Source of the DNA: an uncultured Acidimicrobiaceae bacterium
GTDB taxonomy: Bacteria; Actinomycetota; Acidimicrobiia; Acidimicrobiales; RAAP-2
NCBI GenBank assembly: GCA_963840245.1
Contig: CAWIYI010000048.1
Coordinates: forward strand, 6,574 to 70,573
Direction: 5' to 3'
Length of the DNA: 64,000 nt
In this document: piece after piece, positions 35,208-46,007 of the stretch
Layout: every line of letters starts with the position of its first letter
Position numbering within the stretch: the first letter of the stretch is position 1
Made by a program: the position numbers and the translations under genes
Notes under the pieces: model-generated
Database searches by the model: none
What the model saw: only the letters and a program-made list of their open reading frames with translations
Told to the model about the DNA's origin: nothing

Positions 35208-36668
35208 GTGAGGGCGCTCGTCCCCCCGGGGCGGTGGCCCGAGAACCGTGGCGACGCAGCCGGACTGACGCTCCCCGCCGTGTGGGCCGGGCAGTGGGCG
35301 GCCCGACCGGACGCACCGGTGCTCGTCGACGGAACCGACACCTCCCGGGTCGTCACTGCGGCAACGCTCGACGGCCGCACGGCCGCGCTGGCCTCGGTCC
35401 TGGCCGAGCGCGGGGTCGGGCCGGGCGACCGGGTCGTGTGGTGCGCCCGCGCCACGCTGCCCTCCATTGCGGCTCTCGTCGCGGTGCTGCGCCGCGGCGC
35501 GGTCCTGGTGCCGCTCAGCCCGGCGGCGACCGATGCCGAGATCGCACACGTGGTCGACGACGCCCGGCCGGCGCTGGCCATCGCGGAAGGGGTCCGGCCG
35601 GACGCGTTCGGAGCGGGACTGCCCGTCGTCGGGGTCGAGGAGCTGGCCCGGGCGGCCGCGCCGGCGGTACCCGGTGCCGACCCGGCGCGGCAGCCCGGCG
35701 ACGACGCGCTGATCGTCTACACGTCCGGCACGACGGGCAGGCCGAAGGGGGCGGTGCACACCCATGGCTCCCTCCTGGCCGGCATCACGTCGCTGCTCGT
35801 GGCGTGGGAGTGGGAGCCGGAGGACCGCCTCGTCCTGAGCCTCCCGCTGTTCCACGTGCACGGTCTGTGCGCCGGCCTGTTCGGCACGCTGACCGCGGGA
35901 GCGTCCGCCGTGGTGTTCGACCGCTTCGACGGGGCGGCCGTCCTCGGTGCGGTGCCGGCGAGCACCATGTTCTTCGGTGTCCCGACCATGTACCACCGGT
36001 TGTCTGCGTCCGGTCTGGCATCCGGGCTCGGCGCGCTCCGCCTCTGCGTCTCGGGGTCGGCGCCGCTCGCCCCCGACCTGTGGCACCGGCTGGCCGCCGA
36101 CGGCGTGGCTGTCCTGGAGCGCTACGGCATGACGGAGACGCTGCTGACCCTGTCCAATCCTCTGGAGGGCGAGCGCCGCCCCGGCTCGGTCGGTTTGCCG
36201 CTTCCGGGAGTGGAGGCGGCCGTGGACGACGCCGACGAGGGCGGAGTCGGGGAGCTGCACGTCCGCGGGGCGTCGCTCTGCCGCGGCTACTGGGGGCGCG
36301 ACGCCTTCGCCCCCGCCGAATGGTTCGCCACGGGCGACCTGGTGTCGGTGGCCGGCGACGGCTACGTCACGGTGCGCGGGCGTCGCACGGAGCTCATCAT
36401 CACCGGCGGCCACAACGTCTACCCGGCCGAGGTCGAGGCGGTGCTGTCGCGCCATCCCGGTGTGGTCGAGGTGGCCGTCGTCGGGGTGCCCTCGGCCGAA
36501 TGGGGCGAGACCGTGGTCGCCTACGTGGTGGGCGATCCCGACGTGGCCGCGCTCCAGGACCTGGCGGCGGCCGATCTGGCGCCGTTCAAGTGTCCGCGCG
36601 AGGTGCGCCTGATCGACGCGCTCCCGCGCAACGCGTTGGGCAAGGTCGTCCGGGGCGAGCTCCGCTGA
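35208..36668 (+). CDS. AMP-dependent acyl-CoA synthetase/ligase
   Basis: Motifs IVYTSGTTGRPKGAVHTH, YGMTE, WFATGD and PRNALGKVVRGEL. Confidence 0.85.
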   Translation: MRALVPPGRWPENRGDAAGLTLPAVWAGQWAARPDAPVLVDGTDTSRVVTAATLDGRTAALASVLAERGVGPGDRVVWCARATLPSIAALVAVLRRGAVLVPLSPAATDAEIAHVVDDARPALAIAEGVRPDAFGAGLPVVGVEELARAAAPAVPGADPARQPGDDALIVYTSGTTGRPKGAVHTHGSLLAGITSLLVAWEWEPEDRLVLSLPLFHVHGLCAGLFGTLTAGASAVVFDRFDGAAVLGAVPASTMFFGVPTMYHRLSASGLASGLGALRLCVSGSAPLAPDLWHRLAADGVAVLERYGMTETLLTLSNPLEGERRPGSVGLPLPGVEAAVDDADEGGVGELHVRGASLCRGYWGRDAFAPAEWFATGDLVSVAGDGYVTVRGRRTELIITGGHNVYPAEVEAVLSRHPGVVEVAVVGVPSAEWGETVVAYVVGDPDVAALQDLAAADLAPFKCPREVRLIDALPRNALGKVVRGELR

Positions 36669-36671
36669 GCG

Positions 36672-36698
36672 GGCCCGGGCCGTGGAGCGGCCCGGGCC
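36672..36698. terminator. Hairpin GGCCCGGGCCG-TGGAG-CGGCCCGGGCC after the acyl-CoA ligase gene
   Basis: Perfect 11-bp GC stem read directly, 4 nt after the stop at 36668. No U-tract, which is common in high-GC actinobacteria. Confidence 0.5.
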
Positions 36699-36715
36699 TG
36701 CGGTAGCGTGAGCCA

Positions 36716-37015
36716 ATGGCCACCTTCCTCATGCTCTCCACGGTGGGGCCCGACGGGGCGGCGACACTCACCGAGAATCCCGACCGCCTCAAGGCCGTGA
36801 ACGCCGAGGTGGAGGCCATGGGCGTGCGGGTCGTGGCGCAATGGGCCCTGCTCGGGCAGTACGACTTCTGCACCGTCCTCGACGCCCCCGACGAGACCAC
36901 CATGGCCCGGGTGGCGCTGGTGCTGGGCTCCCGGGGCACGCTCAAGACGCTCACGCTCTCGGCCATCCCGATCGACGACTACATCGAGGGTGTGCTGAAG
37001 GCCCAGAACGGCTGA
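36716..37015 (+). CDS. GYD-domain protein
   Basis: 99 aa with the family pattern FLMLSTVGPDGA...GQYDF...DDETTMARVAL...G. Confidence 0.8.
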   Translation: MATFLMLSTVGPDGAATLTENPDRLKAVNAEVEAMGVRVVAQWALLGQYDFCTVLDAPDETTMARVALVLGSRGTLKTLTLSAIPIDDYIEGVLKAQNG

Positions 37016-37019
37016 GCCC

Positions 37020-37259
37020 TCAGTGCCACCAGAAGCCCTGACGCGACCGCTCACGGCGAAGGTCGTCCCGTGAGAAGAGCTCGCCCAGGACGCTCCCGTC
37101 CGACATGCGGCGGATGCGGTACCCGTCGTCGGTGATCTCGGCGATCTCGAAGCCGCGGACCCACGTGCCCTGGAAGCGGTTGCGCACGTCCACCTTCGTC
37201 CCCGGCGGCAGCGGCGACCGTGTATGCGGGTCCGCTGCCTCCCCCCCGTCGGTGCTCAC
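37020..37259 (-). CDS. Small hypothetical protein (79 aa)
   Basis: GTG 37259. The C-terminal 60 residues (GTKVDVRNRFQGTWVRGFEIAEITDDGYRIRRMSDGSVL) look like a small beta-barrel domain. The rest of ORF 37020-37904 is antisense to rnhB and is not credible. Confidence 0.4.
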   Translation of the reverse strand: MSTDGGEAADPHTRSPLPPGTKVDVRNRFQGTWVRGFEIAEITDDGYRIRRMSDGSVLGELFSRDDLRRERSRQGFWWH

Positions 37260-37295
37260 ACCCCCATCGTACGAGGCGGCCGCGCGCCCGCTCCG

Positions 37296-38105
37296 ATGAC
37301 CGTCTGCTCCCCCGATCTGAAAGAGGAGCGCCGTCTGCGCGCCGAGGGGTACGAGTCGGTCGCCGGTCTCGACGAGGTCGGCCGCGGCGCCTGGGCCGGA
37401 CCGTTGACGGTCGGCGTCGCCGTCGTGCGCCCCCGGGTCCAGCTCCGGTCGATGCCGACATGGCTGCGGGACTCCAAGATGCTCAGCGAGGCCCGGCGCG
37501 AGGAGATCTTCGAATCCGTGGGCGCGTGGTGCCAGGCGTGGTCGGTGGGGCACGCGTCTTCGACCGAGTGCGACGCTTGGGGCATGACGGAGGCCCTCCG
37601 GGTGGCGGCGCGCCGCGCCCTGGCCGGTCTCGGCGAGCCTCCCCAGGCCGTCCTGGTCGACGGCCCGGTCGACCTGCTGCGCCACCCCGACGACCCCTTC
37701 GGCGGTACGGTGCGGCCGATCGTCGACGGGGATGCCCGGTGCGCCTCGGTGGCGGCGGCCTCGGTCCTGGCCAAAGTGGTGCGGGACCGCCTCATGCGCC
37801 TGGAGGCGGACCACTTCCCCGCCTTCGCCTTCGAGCGGAACAAGGGCTATCCCTCGCCGGTGCACCAGACGGCCCTGCGCGGCTACGGCCCCACGGCCAT
37901 CCACCGCCGCAGCTGGGCTTTCGTGGAGGACCTCCCCTGGTGCGGGCAGGCCCGGCCAGCCCGTTCAGACGACCGCGGCGACCTCGGCGAAGTGGCAGGC
38001 GACCGGGTGGCCCTGGCCCCGGTCGACCAGGGCAGGCTCTTCGGTGGCGCAGATCTCTTGCGCTTTCCAGCACCGGGTGCGGAAGCGGCAACCCGAGGGC
38101 GGTGA
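37296..38105 (+). CDS. rnhB: Ribonuclease HII (with unusually long C-terminal extension)
   Basis: ATG 37296. Motifs [40 protein letters not shown] and KGYPS. The ORF runs 141 nt into the convergent ABC ATPase gene. Confidence 0.85.
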   Translation: MTVCSPDLKEERRLRAEGYESVAGLDEVGRGAWAGPLTVGVAVVRPRVQLRSMPTWLRDSKMLSEARREEIFESVGAWCQAWSVGHASSTECDAWGMTEALRVAARRALAGLGEPPQAVLVDGPVDLLRHPDDPFGGTVRPIVDGDARCASVAAASVLAKVVRDRLMRLEADHFPAFAFERNKGYPSPVHQTALRGYGPTAIHRRSWAFVEDLPWCGQARPARSDDRGDLGEVAGDRVALAPVDQGRLFGGADLLRFPAPGAEAATRGR

Positions 38106-39017
38106 CTGCGGGCTCGGCACGTCGCCCTCGAGGACGATGTGCTTGCGGGCCCGCTCGGCTCTCGGGTCGGGGATGGGCACGGCGGACAGGAGCGCCTGGG
38201 TGTAGGGGTGGGCCGGTTGCCCGTAGACGTTCGCGCGGTCACCGATCTCGACGATCTTGCCCAGGTACATGACGGCGACCCGGTCGGAGATGTGCCGGAC
38301 GACGGACAGGTCGTGCGCAATGAAGAGGAAGGCGACGCCCAGCTCCTGCTGCAGGTCGTCGAGCAGGTTGACCACGCCCGCCTGGATCGACACGTCGAGG
38401 GCGGAGACGGGCTCGTCGAGGACGAGCAGCTTGGGCTGGAGGACCAGGGCCCGGGCGATGCCGACGCGCTGGCGCTGACCGCCGGAGAACTCGTTGGGGT
38501 AGCGGTTGGCGTGGTACTGCTCGAGGCCTACCATCTGCAGCATCTCGCCGACGCGGCGCTGGATCGCCGCCTTGCCGTGGATGCCGTGGATCTGGAGCGG
38601 CTCTGCGATGGCGGCACCGATGGGCAGCCGCGGGTCGAGCGAGGCGAACGGATCCTGGAAGACGACCTGCATCTCCCGGCGCACCTTGCGGAGTTCCGCG
38701 GTGCCCAGCTCGGTCAGCTCCGTCCCCTCGAACTTGACCGACCCGGAGGTCGGCCGGATCAGCTGCAGCACCGAGCGTCCCGTGGTCGACTTCCCGCACC
38801 CCGACTCGCCGACGAGGCCCAGTGTCTCCCCGGGGGCGATGTTGAAGGTGACCCCGGAGACGGCGTGGACCGCGCCGACCCGGCGGCGCACGAACGTCCC
38901 GCCGCGCAGCGGGAATTCCTTCACCAGGTCGGTGACCTCCAACAGCGGGGCGGGCGCGACCGGCGTCGGCGCCGCGGTTCCACTCTCGGGGACGTTCCAC
39001 TCGCGATGACGTGTCAT
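37965..39017 (-). CDS. Peptide/nickel ABC transporter ATP-binding protein (OppF/DppF type)
   Basis: ATG 39017 overlaps the upstream stop (ATGA). Walker [10 protein letters not shown], signature FSGGQRQR, and the C-terminal oligopeptide-type Cys/His tail (GCRFRTRC...VACH). Confidence 0.9.
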   Translation of the reverse strand: MTRHREWNVPESGTAAPTPVAPAPLLEVTDLVKEFPLRGGTFVRRRVGAVHAVSGVTFNIAPGETLGLVGESGCGKSTTGRSVLQLIRPTSGSVKFEGTELTELGTAELRKVRREMQVVFQDPFASLDPRLPIGAAIAEPLQIHGIHGKAAIQRRVGEMLQMVGLEQYHANRYPNEFSGGQRQRVGIARALVLQPKLLVLDEPVSALDVSIQAGVVNLLDDLQQELGVAFLFIAHDLSVVRHISDRVAVMYLGKIVEIGDRANVYGQPAHPYTQALLSAVPIPDPRAERARKHIVLEGDVPSPQSPPSGCRFRTRCWKAQEICATEEPALVDRGQGHPVACHFAEVAAVV

Positions 39018-40060
39018 GCGATCACGTTGTCGACGACGCCGTCGGAGAAGACCAGCCCGTGGTCGCCCCGGCCGACCGCCTCGGCGTAGTGGCAGGCGGC
39101 CCGGTGCTCGCCCAGCACCGAGGTGACCGAGGGGACCACCACGAGCTCGGGCTCGGTCGTGCGGCAGAGGTCGGTGGCCAGTGGGCACCGTGGCGCAAAC
39201 GGGCAGCCCGTGCGGTCGCCGATCATGGAGGGCGGGGCGCCCGGGATCTGCCGCAGCCGCTCCGCGCCGTCGCTGTCGAGCCGCGGCAGCGAGCCGAGCA
39301 GGCCGAGCGTGTACGGCATGGAGGGTCGGTAGAAGACGTCCTCGGCGGTCCCGATCTCGACCGGGCGCCCGGCGTACATCACGAGGACGCGGTCAGACAG
39401 GCCGGCGATGACGCCGAGGTCGTGGGTGATGAGGAGCAGCGCGGCCCCGGTCTCCGCCATCGCCGTCTTGAGCGAGTTGAGGACCTGGGCCTGCACGGTG
39501 ACGTCGAGCGCCGTGGTGGGCTCGTCGGCCAGGATCACCTCGGGGTCGTTGGCCATGGCGATGGCGATGACGGCGCGCTGGCGCATGCCACCGGAGAACT
39601 CGTGCGGGTAATTGTCGACCCGTTCCGCCGGATTGGGGATGCCGACCTTGTCCAGCAGCTCGATGGCGCGGACCATCGCGGCATCCTTGGAGATGTCCTG
39701 GTGGGCCAGGATCGCCTCTGTGATCTGCCAGCCGATGGTGTAGACGGGATTGAGCGACGTCATGGGGTCCTGGAAGATCATGGCGATCCCGGTGCCGCGG
39801 ACCCTGGTCAGCTGCTTCTCCTTCAGGGTGAGGAGATCGGTGCCGTCGAAGCGGATGGAGCCCCGCACCTGCGCGCCCTTGGGCAGCAATCCCATGGTGG
39901 CGAGAGCCGTCACGGACTTCCCGGAGCCCGATTCGCCGACGATGCCCAGGACCTCACCGGCGGCGATCGAGAAATCGACGCCGCGCACCGCGTGGACCAC
40001 ACCGTCCTTGGTCGGGAAGTCGACCTCCAGATGCTCGACCTGCAGGGCAGGCTCAGCCAC
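39014..40060 (-). CDS. Peptide/nickel ABC transporter ATP-binding protein (OppD/DppD type)
   Basis: Walker A GESGSGKS, signature FSGGMRQR, and C-terminal GCPFAPRC. Confidence 0.9.
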   Translation of the reverse strand: MAEPALQVEHLEVDFPTKDGVVHAVRGVDFSIAAGEVLGIVGESGSGKSVTALATMGLLPKGAQVRGSIRFDGTDLLTLKEKQLTRVRGTGIAMIFQDPMTSLNPVYTIGWQITEAILAHQDISKDAAMVRAIELLDKVGIPNPAERVDNYPHEFSGGMRQRAVIAIAMANDPEVILADEPTTALDVTVQAQVLNSLKTAMAETGAALLLITHDLGVIAGLSDRVLVMYAGRPVEIGTAEDVFYRPSMPYTLGLLGSLPRLDSDGAERLRQIPGAPPSMIGDRTGCPFAPRCPLATDLCRTTEPELVVVPSVTSVLGEHRAACHYAEAVGRGDHGLVFSDGVVDNVIA

Positions 40061-41062
40061 TCAGGCCCTCACCCGGCTCTTCTTGGGGTCGAACGCCTCG
40101 CGTAGGCCGTCGCCGATGAGGAAGATCGAGAGGATGAGGATGATCAGGAAGGCGACGGGGAAGACGAAGAGCCACCACTCCGTCGTGGCGGAGTCCTGGC
40201 CCTGATCGATCAGGAGCCCCAGCGACACGTTCGGTGGCTGCACACCCAGCCCCAGGAAGGACAGTGTCGACTCGAAGATGATGCTCAGGGCGACGGTCAG
40301 CGTGGCGTTGACGATGATCGGCCCGACCGCATTGGGCAGCATGTGCTTGACGATGATGCGCCGGTTGGTCGCGCCCAGCGCCCGCGACGCTTCCACGAAG
40401 TCGCGCTCGCGCAACGACAGGAAGTCCGCCCGCACGAGCCGGGCCACGTAGGTCCACGAGAGCAGGCCGATGATGATGGCCAGCCCCAGCCAGTTGTCGG
40501 ACTCCTTCGAGAGCTTGTTGGCCAGGACGATGAGCACCGCCAGCACCGGGAGCACCAACACCAGGTCGACGAAGCGCATCAGGAGCGAGTCGACCCAGCC
40601 CCGGTAGAAGCCCGCGATGGCCCCGATGGTCACGCCGATGAGCGTGGCCATGGCGGCCACCGTCAGCGCGATCTCGATGTCCTTTTCGACCCCGGCCATC
40701 ACCTGGGCGAACATGTCGTTCCCGATGGAATTGGTGCCGAAGGGGTTCGTCCACGAGGGGGGATCGTTCAGGTTGTTCGTGATCGTGGTGTAGCTGTACT
40801 GCCAGAAGTGGCCCACCAGCACGGACGAGATGGCGAGGAGCAGGAACACGGAGAGCCCGATCATCCCGAGCCGCTGGTGGGAGAAGCGCCCGACGACGAT
40901 GCGCCATTGGGGCTTCGCCTCCCCCGACAGCCCGTAGGTGTCCGCGCCCGACAGCCCGATCCCGACGCCGGGCGAGGCCAGGGTGTGCATCCCGGCCTCG
41001 GCGGTCGCCACGCTCTCGGGCGTCTGGATGACGAAGTCTTCGCGGGGGAGCGGATCAGCCAT
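40061..41062 (-). CDS. Peptide ABC transporter permease (OppC/DppC type)
   Basis: BPD-transport permease with an EAS-G-like motif (VEASRALGATNRRII). Overlaps the upstream permease by 8 nt. Confidence 0.9.
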   Translation of the reverse strand: MADPLPREDFVIQTPESVATAEAGMHTLASPGVGIGLSGADTYGLSGEAKPQWRIVVGRFSHQRLGMIGLSVFLLLAISSVLVGHFWQYSYTTITNNLNDPPSWTNPFGTNSIGNDMFAQVMAGVEKDIEIALTVAAMATLIGVTIGAIAGFYRGWVDSLLMRFVDLVLVLPVLAVLIVLANKLSKESDNWLGLAIIIGLLSWTYVARLVRADFLSLRERDFVEASRALGATNRRIIVKHMLPNAVGPIIVNATLTVALSIIFESTLSFLGLGVQPPNVSLGLLIDQGQDSATTEWWLFVFPVAFLIILILSIFLIGDGLREAFDPKKSRVRA

Positions 41063-42032
41063 AGCGAATCCTCGGATCGAGCACGCCGTAGAGGATGTCG
41101 GCCACCAGGTTGAACAGAATGACGAAGGTGGCGGTGATGAGCAGGTAGGCCAACATCACGTTCACGTCGAGGTTCGTCACCCCGGTCAGGTACCACTGCC
41201 CGAGCCCCTGCCACCCGAAGACGATCTCGGTGATGATGGCGCCGCCCAGCACCGCGGCGAAGTCCAGCGCGACGACCGTCGTGACGGGGATGAGCGCGTT
41301 GCGCAGGACGTGGCGGACGAGGACGCGGCGCTGGCTCAGGCCCTTGGCCCGGGCCAGGCGCACGTGGTCGGCGTCGAGCGTCTCGATCATGGACGAGCGC
41401 TGGTAGATGGCCCACGAGGCGTAGGAGATGAGGATGAGCGTGATGACCGGCAGCGCGGTGTGCTCGGCGTAGTCGGGCAGCCGGCTGAAGAACGAGCCGC
41501 TCAGCGTCGGGCTCTGCTCGCCACTGGTGTAGAAGAGCGTCGTCCCGAGGTGCTGGTTGACGGGGATCGCCACGAACTCCTTCAGGGCGAGGCCGAGCAC
41601 GAAGATCGGCGTGGCCAGCAGGACGAAGTTGGTGACGGTGATGGCGTGGTCGGTGACCTTGTTCTGGCGCACCGCCGCCATGACGCCCATGAAGACGGCG
41701 ACGAAGATGGCGACGATGGTGGCGATGACGACCATGCGCAGCGTCACGAAGAGGTGCGACGTCATCTGGGAGGCGACGTCCTGCCCGTTGATGGTCGTGC
41801 CGAGGTCGCCGTGGAGCACGCCGGTGAACCAGATCCAGTAGCGCTGCCACAGCGGGTCGTTGAGATGCAGCAGGTTCTCCCGGGCCACGACCGTGGCGTG
41901 GGGGATGTGCGGGTTGGCGTTGAGGAGCGCCAGGGGGTTGCCCGAGCTGGCCACCAGAATGAAGACGAAGATCGTCGCGAAGAACAGGACGACGATGCTG
42001 ATCAGCAGGCGCCTCACGACGTAGGCGAACAT
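41055..42032 (-). CDS. Peptide ABC transporter permease (OppB/DppB type)
   Basis: N-terminal MFAYVVRRLLISIVVLF signature and the permease motif RLARAKGLSQRRVLVRHVLRNA. Confidence 0.9.
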   Translation of the reverse strand: MFAYVVRRLLISIVVLFFATIFVFILVASSGNPLALLNANPHIPHATVVARENLLHLNDPLWQRYWIWFTGVLHGDLGTTINGQDVASQMTSHLFVTLRMVVIATIVAIFVAVFMGVMAAVRQNKVTDHAITVTNFVLLATPIFVLGLALKEFVAIPVNQHLGTTLFYTSGEQSPTLSGSFFSRLPDYAEHTALPVITLILISYASWAIYQRSSMIETLDADHVRLARAKGLSQRRVLVRHVLRNALIPVTTVVALDFAAVLGGAIITEIVFGWQGLGQWYLTGVTNLDVNVMLAYLLITATFVILFNLVADILYGVLDPRIRYG

Positions 42033-42132
42033 GGCCGGATTCTAGGTGTCGGGACCGGGAACGCCGAGGAAGGGGCCGACCCGGTCCGGCCGACCCCTCC
42101 CTCACGTTCCCTCCCTCACGTTCAGTGGTTCG

Positions 42133-43882
42133 CTAGGAGCTGAGCGACCAGTCCTCGGCGTTCCAGGTGACACCCACGCTCGACGTGTTGGGCAGGACGC
42201 CCTTCAAGTTGTTGGACCAGGCCCAGAACTGGGGCTTCTGGTACAGCGGCAGGGTCACCATGTTCTGCCACAGGATGGCGTCGGCCTTGTTGTAGTCCGA
42301 GATCTCCTGGGACTGGCTCGGGGCCGAGGAGCCGGCGGCCATCAGCTGGTCCACGTGGGCGTTGGCCGCGTGGTTGTAGTTCGAGGAGCAGTTGTTGGTG
42401 TTGGTGTAGGAGCAGTAGATGGGCTGGTTCCCCGAGACGAACGGCGTTGTGACCCAGGCGAACTCGGCGATCTGGAAGGTGCCGTTGGGCAGGTTGGTCC
42501 CGAAGAGGGTGTTGGCGTCGTAGTTCTGGATGTTGATCTTGATCCCGATCGCCTTCATCTGGGCCTGGAACAGCTCCTCGGTCTGCGAGCGGACACTGTT
42601 GCCCGACGTCGACTGGATGGTGAACGTGAGGTCCTTGCCGTTCTGCGGGCCGAAGTTGGGCTGGAAGTAGCCGTCCGAGGCCATCTTGAAGCCGGCCTCC
42701 TTCATGAGGTTCTTCGCCTGCGACGTGCTGAAGGCGTAGTCCGTGCCCTGGTAGCCCTTCTGGGTCGACACGAGCATCCGGCTGCCGAGCGGCGTGATGC
42801 CCTTCTCGATCTCACCCACGGTGCGGGTGATGATGGACTGGCGGTCCACGCCGTGCGCGATGGCCTCACGCACCTGGAGCTTGGCCAGGTAGGGGTCGGC
42901 CTGGTTGAAGTCGAAGTGCTCGAACTCGAGCCCCGGCAGCGTGGCCTTCGTGGTGTTCGGCACCTGGTTGGCCGTCTGCACGATCGACAGGTTCACCGTC
43001 GAGGGGTTGAAGATGTTGATCTCCTTGTTCTGCAGAGCCGGCACCAGCTGGCTGTCGTCGGAGAAGAATTGGAAGACGAGCTTGTTCAGCTTGCCCGGGG
43101 TGCCCCAGTAGCTCGGGTTCCGGGTCAGGACCAGCGACTGGTTGGCGTTGTAGCTCGTGATCGTGTACCAGCTGCCCGAGATGACCTGGGCCGGGCCGGC
43201 GAAGCCGGTGTTCCAGCCGACGGTCCGGGCGATGTGGGCCGGGACGATGTTCGTGTAGATGGAGCGCCAGTCGGCGAAGGACGGCTTGAAGGTCACCGTG
43301 ACGGTGCGGCCGTTCGGGCACAGGCCCGCATTCCGGTTCGCCGCGCTGCCCGGGTCGCAGGCGGCGCCACCGGAGGGGGCGGAGCCCACGACGGACTCGA
43401 TCTGGTTGTAGCCGGCGGTCGTGGCGTCGTCGTAGGGCTGGTTCCCGACGTCGGTGTAGGCCGCGTTGCCACTCTGCGCCTGCCAGTTGTAGATGAAGTC
43501 GTCGGCCGTGATCGGCGTCCCGTCGGACCACACCGCCTTGGGGTTGATCTTGTAGACGACGGTCTGCGGGCTGTCGCCCGTGACGGACGCGCTCTCGAGG
43601 AGCTGGTTGTTGAGGACGGGCTGGAGCTTGTTGTTCACGATGAAGGCCTGGGGCCACACCATGTTCATGACCTCCTGCAGGACGAACTCCTCGGCGGCGG
43701 AAGTGTTGATGTTGAACCCGGCCAGGGTCTCGTCGAGCGCCATGGTGGCCGTCCCTCCCGAGGACGACGCCTTCGTCGCGGCGCCGCTCGTGGCCGGCGC
43801 CACGGCGACGATCGACACGCGACAGCGCGGCGGCTGCCATGGCGGCGAAGGCCGATCGCTTCAGATACCCCTTGATTCCCAT
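42133..43882 (-). pseudogene. Family-5 peptide ABC substrate-binding protein, signal peptide out of frame (frameshift near 43820)
   Basis: The mature SBP (561 aa from GTG 43818) is intact. A typical signal-peptide start, MGIKGYLKRSAFAAMAAAALS, with AAGGGGG RBS begins at ATG 43882 in the adjacent frame. The frames join at CTGTCG-C-GTGTCG. Confidence 0.75.
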
Positions 43883-44196
43883 TGTGCCCCCTTGCTTGTC
43901 GGCCGACCCGGTGACGGCCGATGACCTGCCCTTCCTCCACTGCGCTTCACATCGCAATGCCCTCTCCCACAGGGGAGATGCCCAAACGTAACGCAATTGC
44001 CACATTCTTTTCGATCAACTCCCCAAGGATTTCTGCATGAACGCGCCGGGGAGGTTCCTGATCCGGTGCGCAGCCGCTGTTTGCACACGATTCCTGCGCG
44101 CCGGGGGCCTCGGGCGCGGAAGATAGAACCTGAATGCCAGCTGAGTGTATCCTGCGTGAACCATGACGCTCGCCCACTAAAATTGAGGGTGAGGCC

Positions 44197-45156
44197 ATGG
44201 TCTACGTCCTCGCCGTACTAGCGGCCCTCTCGAACGCGCTGACCAGCGTGTTCCAACGCATGGGCGTCGAGGACGCCCCTGAGGAGTCCACCATGCGCCT
44301 GAGCCTGCTGGCGCATGCCATCCGCCGGGGTGTGTGGCTGTTGGGTTTCGGGTTCATGATCTGCTCGTTCCTCCTGCAGTCATTCGCGTTGCACATCGGC
44401 CGCCTCTCGGTCGTCCAACCGATCCTGACCATGGAACTGCTGTTTCTCGTCGCCATCCTCGGGACGTACTTCCGCTTCTCCATCTCCATCCGCGAGTGGG
44501 TCGGCGCCGGCGCGATCGCGTTCGGGCTCTCCGGCTTCCTCGTCTTCGCCGATCCGGGGGGCGGTGACGAGGTGCCCACCAACCTCGGTTGGATCGTCGT
44601 CGGCGGGAGCGTCGTCGCGTTGATCGTCGTCACGGTGGTGGCGACCCGCTGGGGCCCGCGCTGGTGGAAGGCCGCCATGTTCGGGAGTGCGGCGGCCATC
44701 GCCTATGCGTTCACCGCCGCCCTCATCAAGGTGGTGAGTGACTATGCGGCGAACGACTGGGTGACCCTGTTCGAGCACTGGCAGACCTACGGCGTCATCG
44801 TGTTCGGCCTGCTCGGCCTCTTCCTGACGCAGAACGCCTTCCATGCCGGGCCGCTGGCCGCCTCGCAGTCGACCCTCGTGTTGGTCGATCCGCTGGTCAG
44901 CATCTGCTTGGGCATCGCCCTCTACGGCGACTCCCTGCGCACGTCAGGTCCCTACGGCCCGCTCGAGGCGCTCTCGCTCCTGGTGATGTTCATGGGAGCG
45001 GTGTTCCTGTCCAACTCGCCGTTGATCACGGGCATGAAGAGCGAGGGCAAGGGCGTCGAGTACGACGAGATGCTGTCGCGGCGGTTGAAGCACCCGCACC
45101 ACGTGGCCGAGGATGCCGTGAGCGACGGCGGGCTGCCGCCCTTCTCATCCGCCTGA
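44197..45156 (+). CDS. Integral membrane protein (about 9-10 TM, DMT-like)
   Basis: ATG with GAGGGTGAGG upstream. Hydrophobic throughout, with a hydrophilic C-terminal tail. The family assignment is tentative. Confidence 0.6.
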   Translation: MVYVLAVLAALSNALTSVFQRMGVEDAPEESTMRLSLLAHAIRRGVWLLGFGFMICSFLLQSFALHIGRLSVVQPILTMELLFLVAILGTYFRFSISIREWVGAGAIAFGLSGFLVFADPGGGDEVPTNLGWIVVGGSVVALIVVTVVATRWGPRWWKAAMFGSAAAIAYAFTAALIKVVSDYAANDWVTLFEHWQTYGVIVFGLLGLFLTQNAFHAGPLAASQSTLVLVDPLVSICLGIALYGDSLRTSGPYGPLEALSLLVMFMGAVFLSNSPLITGMKSEGKGVEYDEMLSRRLKHPHHVAEDAVSDGGLPPFSSA

Positions 45157-45946
45157 CTGCCGCGGCCGTTCTCCGGCCCGGTCCACCACGAGGCGCGCCA
45201 TCGTCGCGAAATGGTCGGGGTGCGACAGGTGCGCGCCGTGCTGCGCGTTGGAAATCTCGTCGAACGACGGCCCCGGGGACATTGGCACCCAGCCACTCGA
45301 CCGCGTGGCGGTGGTGCGCCGCCGACGCCGGCCCGCCCCTCCCGAACACGGACGGCACGTCGAGCGCGGTGACGTCGAAGGGGGGACCCTCCCCCCGCAT
45401 GCTCCGCAGGTCGGCCACCAGTGCGGGGCCGTCGGCGCGCCGTTCGGCCCGCCCCCGCTCGGTCAGGCGGGACCACGAGCCCTCGCCCACCATCCGGCTG
45501 AAGAAGCGCTCGGCCTCCTCCTCGGGATCGTCGGCCAGGGCGGGCCAGGGACGGCCGCCCTGGCGGCGGAAGCCCAGCCACGGCATGGGTGGCTCGTAGG
45601 CCCCGATGGAGTCGAAGGCACGTGGCGAGGCCAGCGCGGCACCGACGACGACGTTGCCCCCGAGGCTGTGCCCGATGGCCACCACCGGGCCACCGGACCC
45701 GGCGCGCGCCTCGTCGGCGATGGCAAGGAGATCGGCGATGTGGCCCCCGAGGCCCACGACCCCTCCGGCCCGTGATCCCTGGTACCCGCGCCGGTCGTAG
45801 GCCAGCGTGGCGAACTCGGGCAGGCGGCGCATCACCAGCCGGAAGCTGTCCCCCCGATCCAGCGACCCGTGGACGAGGATCACGGTGGCCGCCCCGGGAT
45901 CGGGGGCCGGCCGCGCGGTGAAGTGGAGGGCGGCCGGATAGGTCAT
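45145..45946 (-). pseudogene. Alpha/beta hydrolase, frameshifted near 45262 so that the catalytic-His segment is out of frame
   Basis: ATG 45946 (MTYPAALHF...). Oxyanion VILVHG and nucleophile elbow GHSLGG. After ...ANVPGAVV the called frame turns Arg/Ala-rich, while the adjacent frame reads DEISNAQHGAHLSHPDHFATMARLVVDRAGE and stops at 45145. Confidence 0.8.
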
Positions 45947-46007
45947 GGGCAGGGCAGACGCTACCCGCCTGCCCATCCGACCCGATCGTCGCCGGTAGGG
46001 TTGGCCC

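Noticed and set aside
42095-42122. A 14-bp tandem duplication (CCCTCCCTCACGTT x2) in the gap between the binding-protein gene and the first permease gene.
   Set aside because: This is a small local duplication with no associated structure. On the coding strand it merely duplicates a GGGAGGG purine tract and is probably inconsequential.
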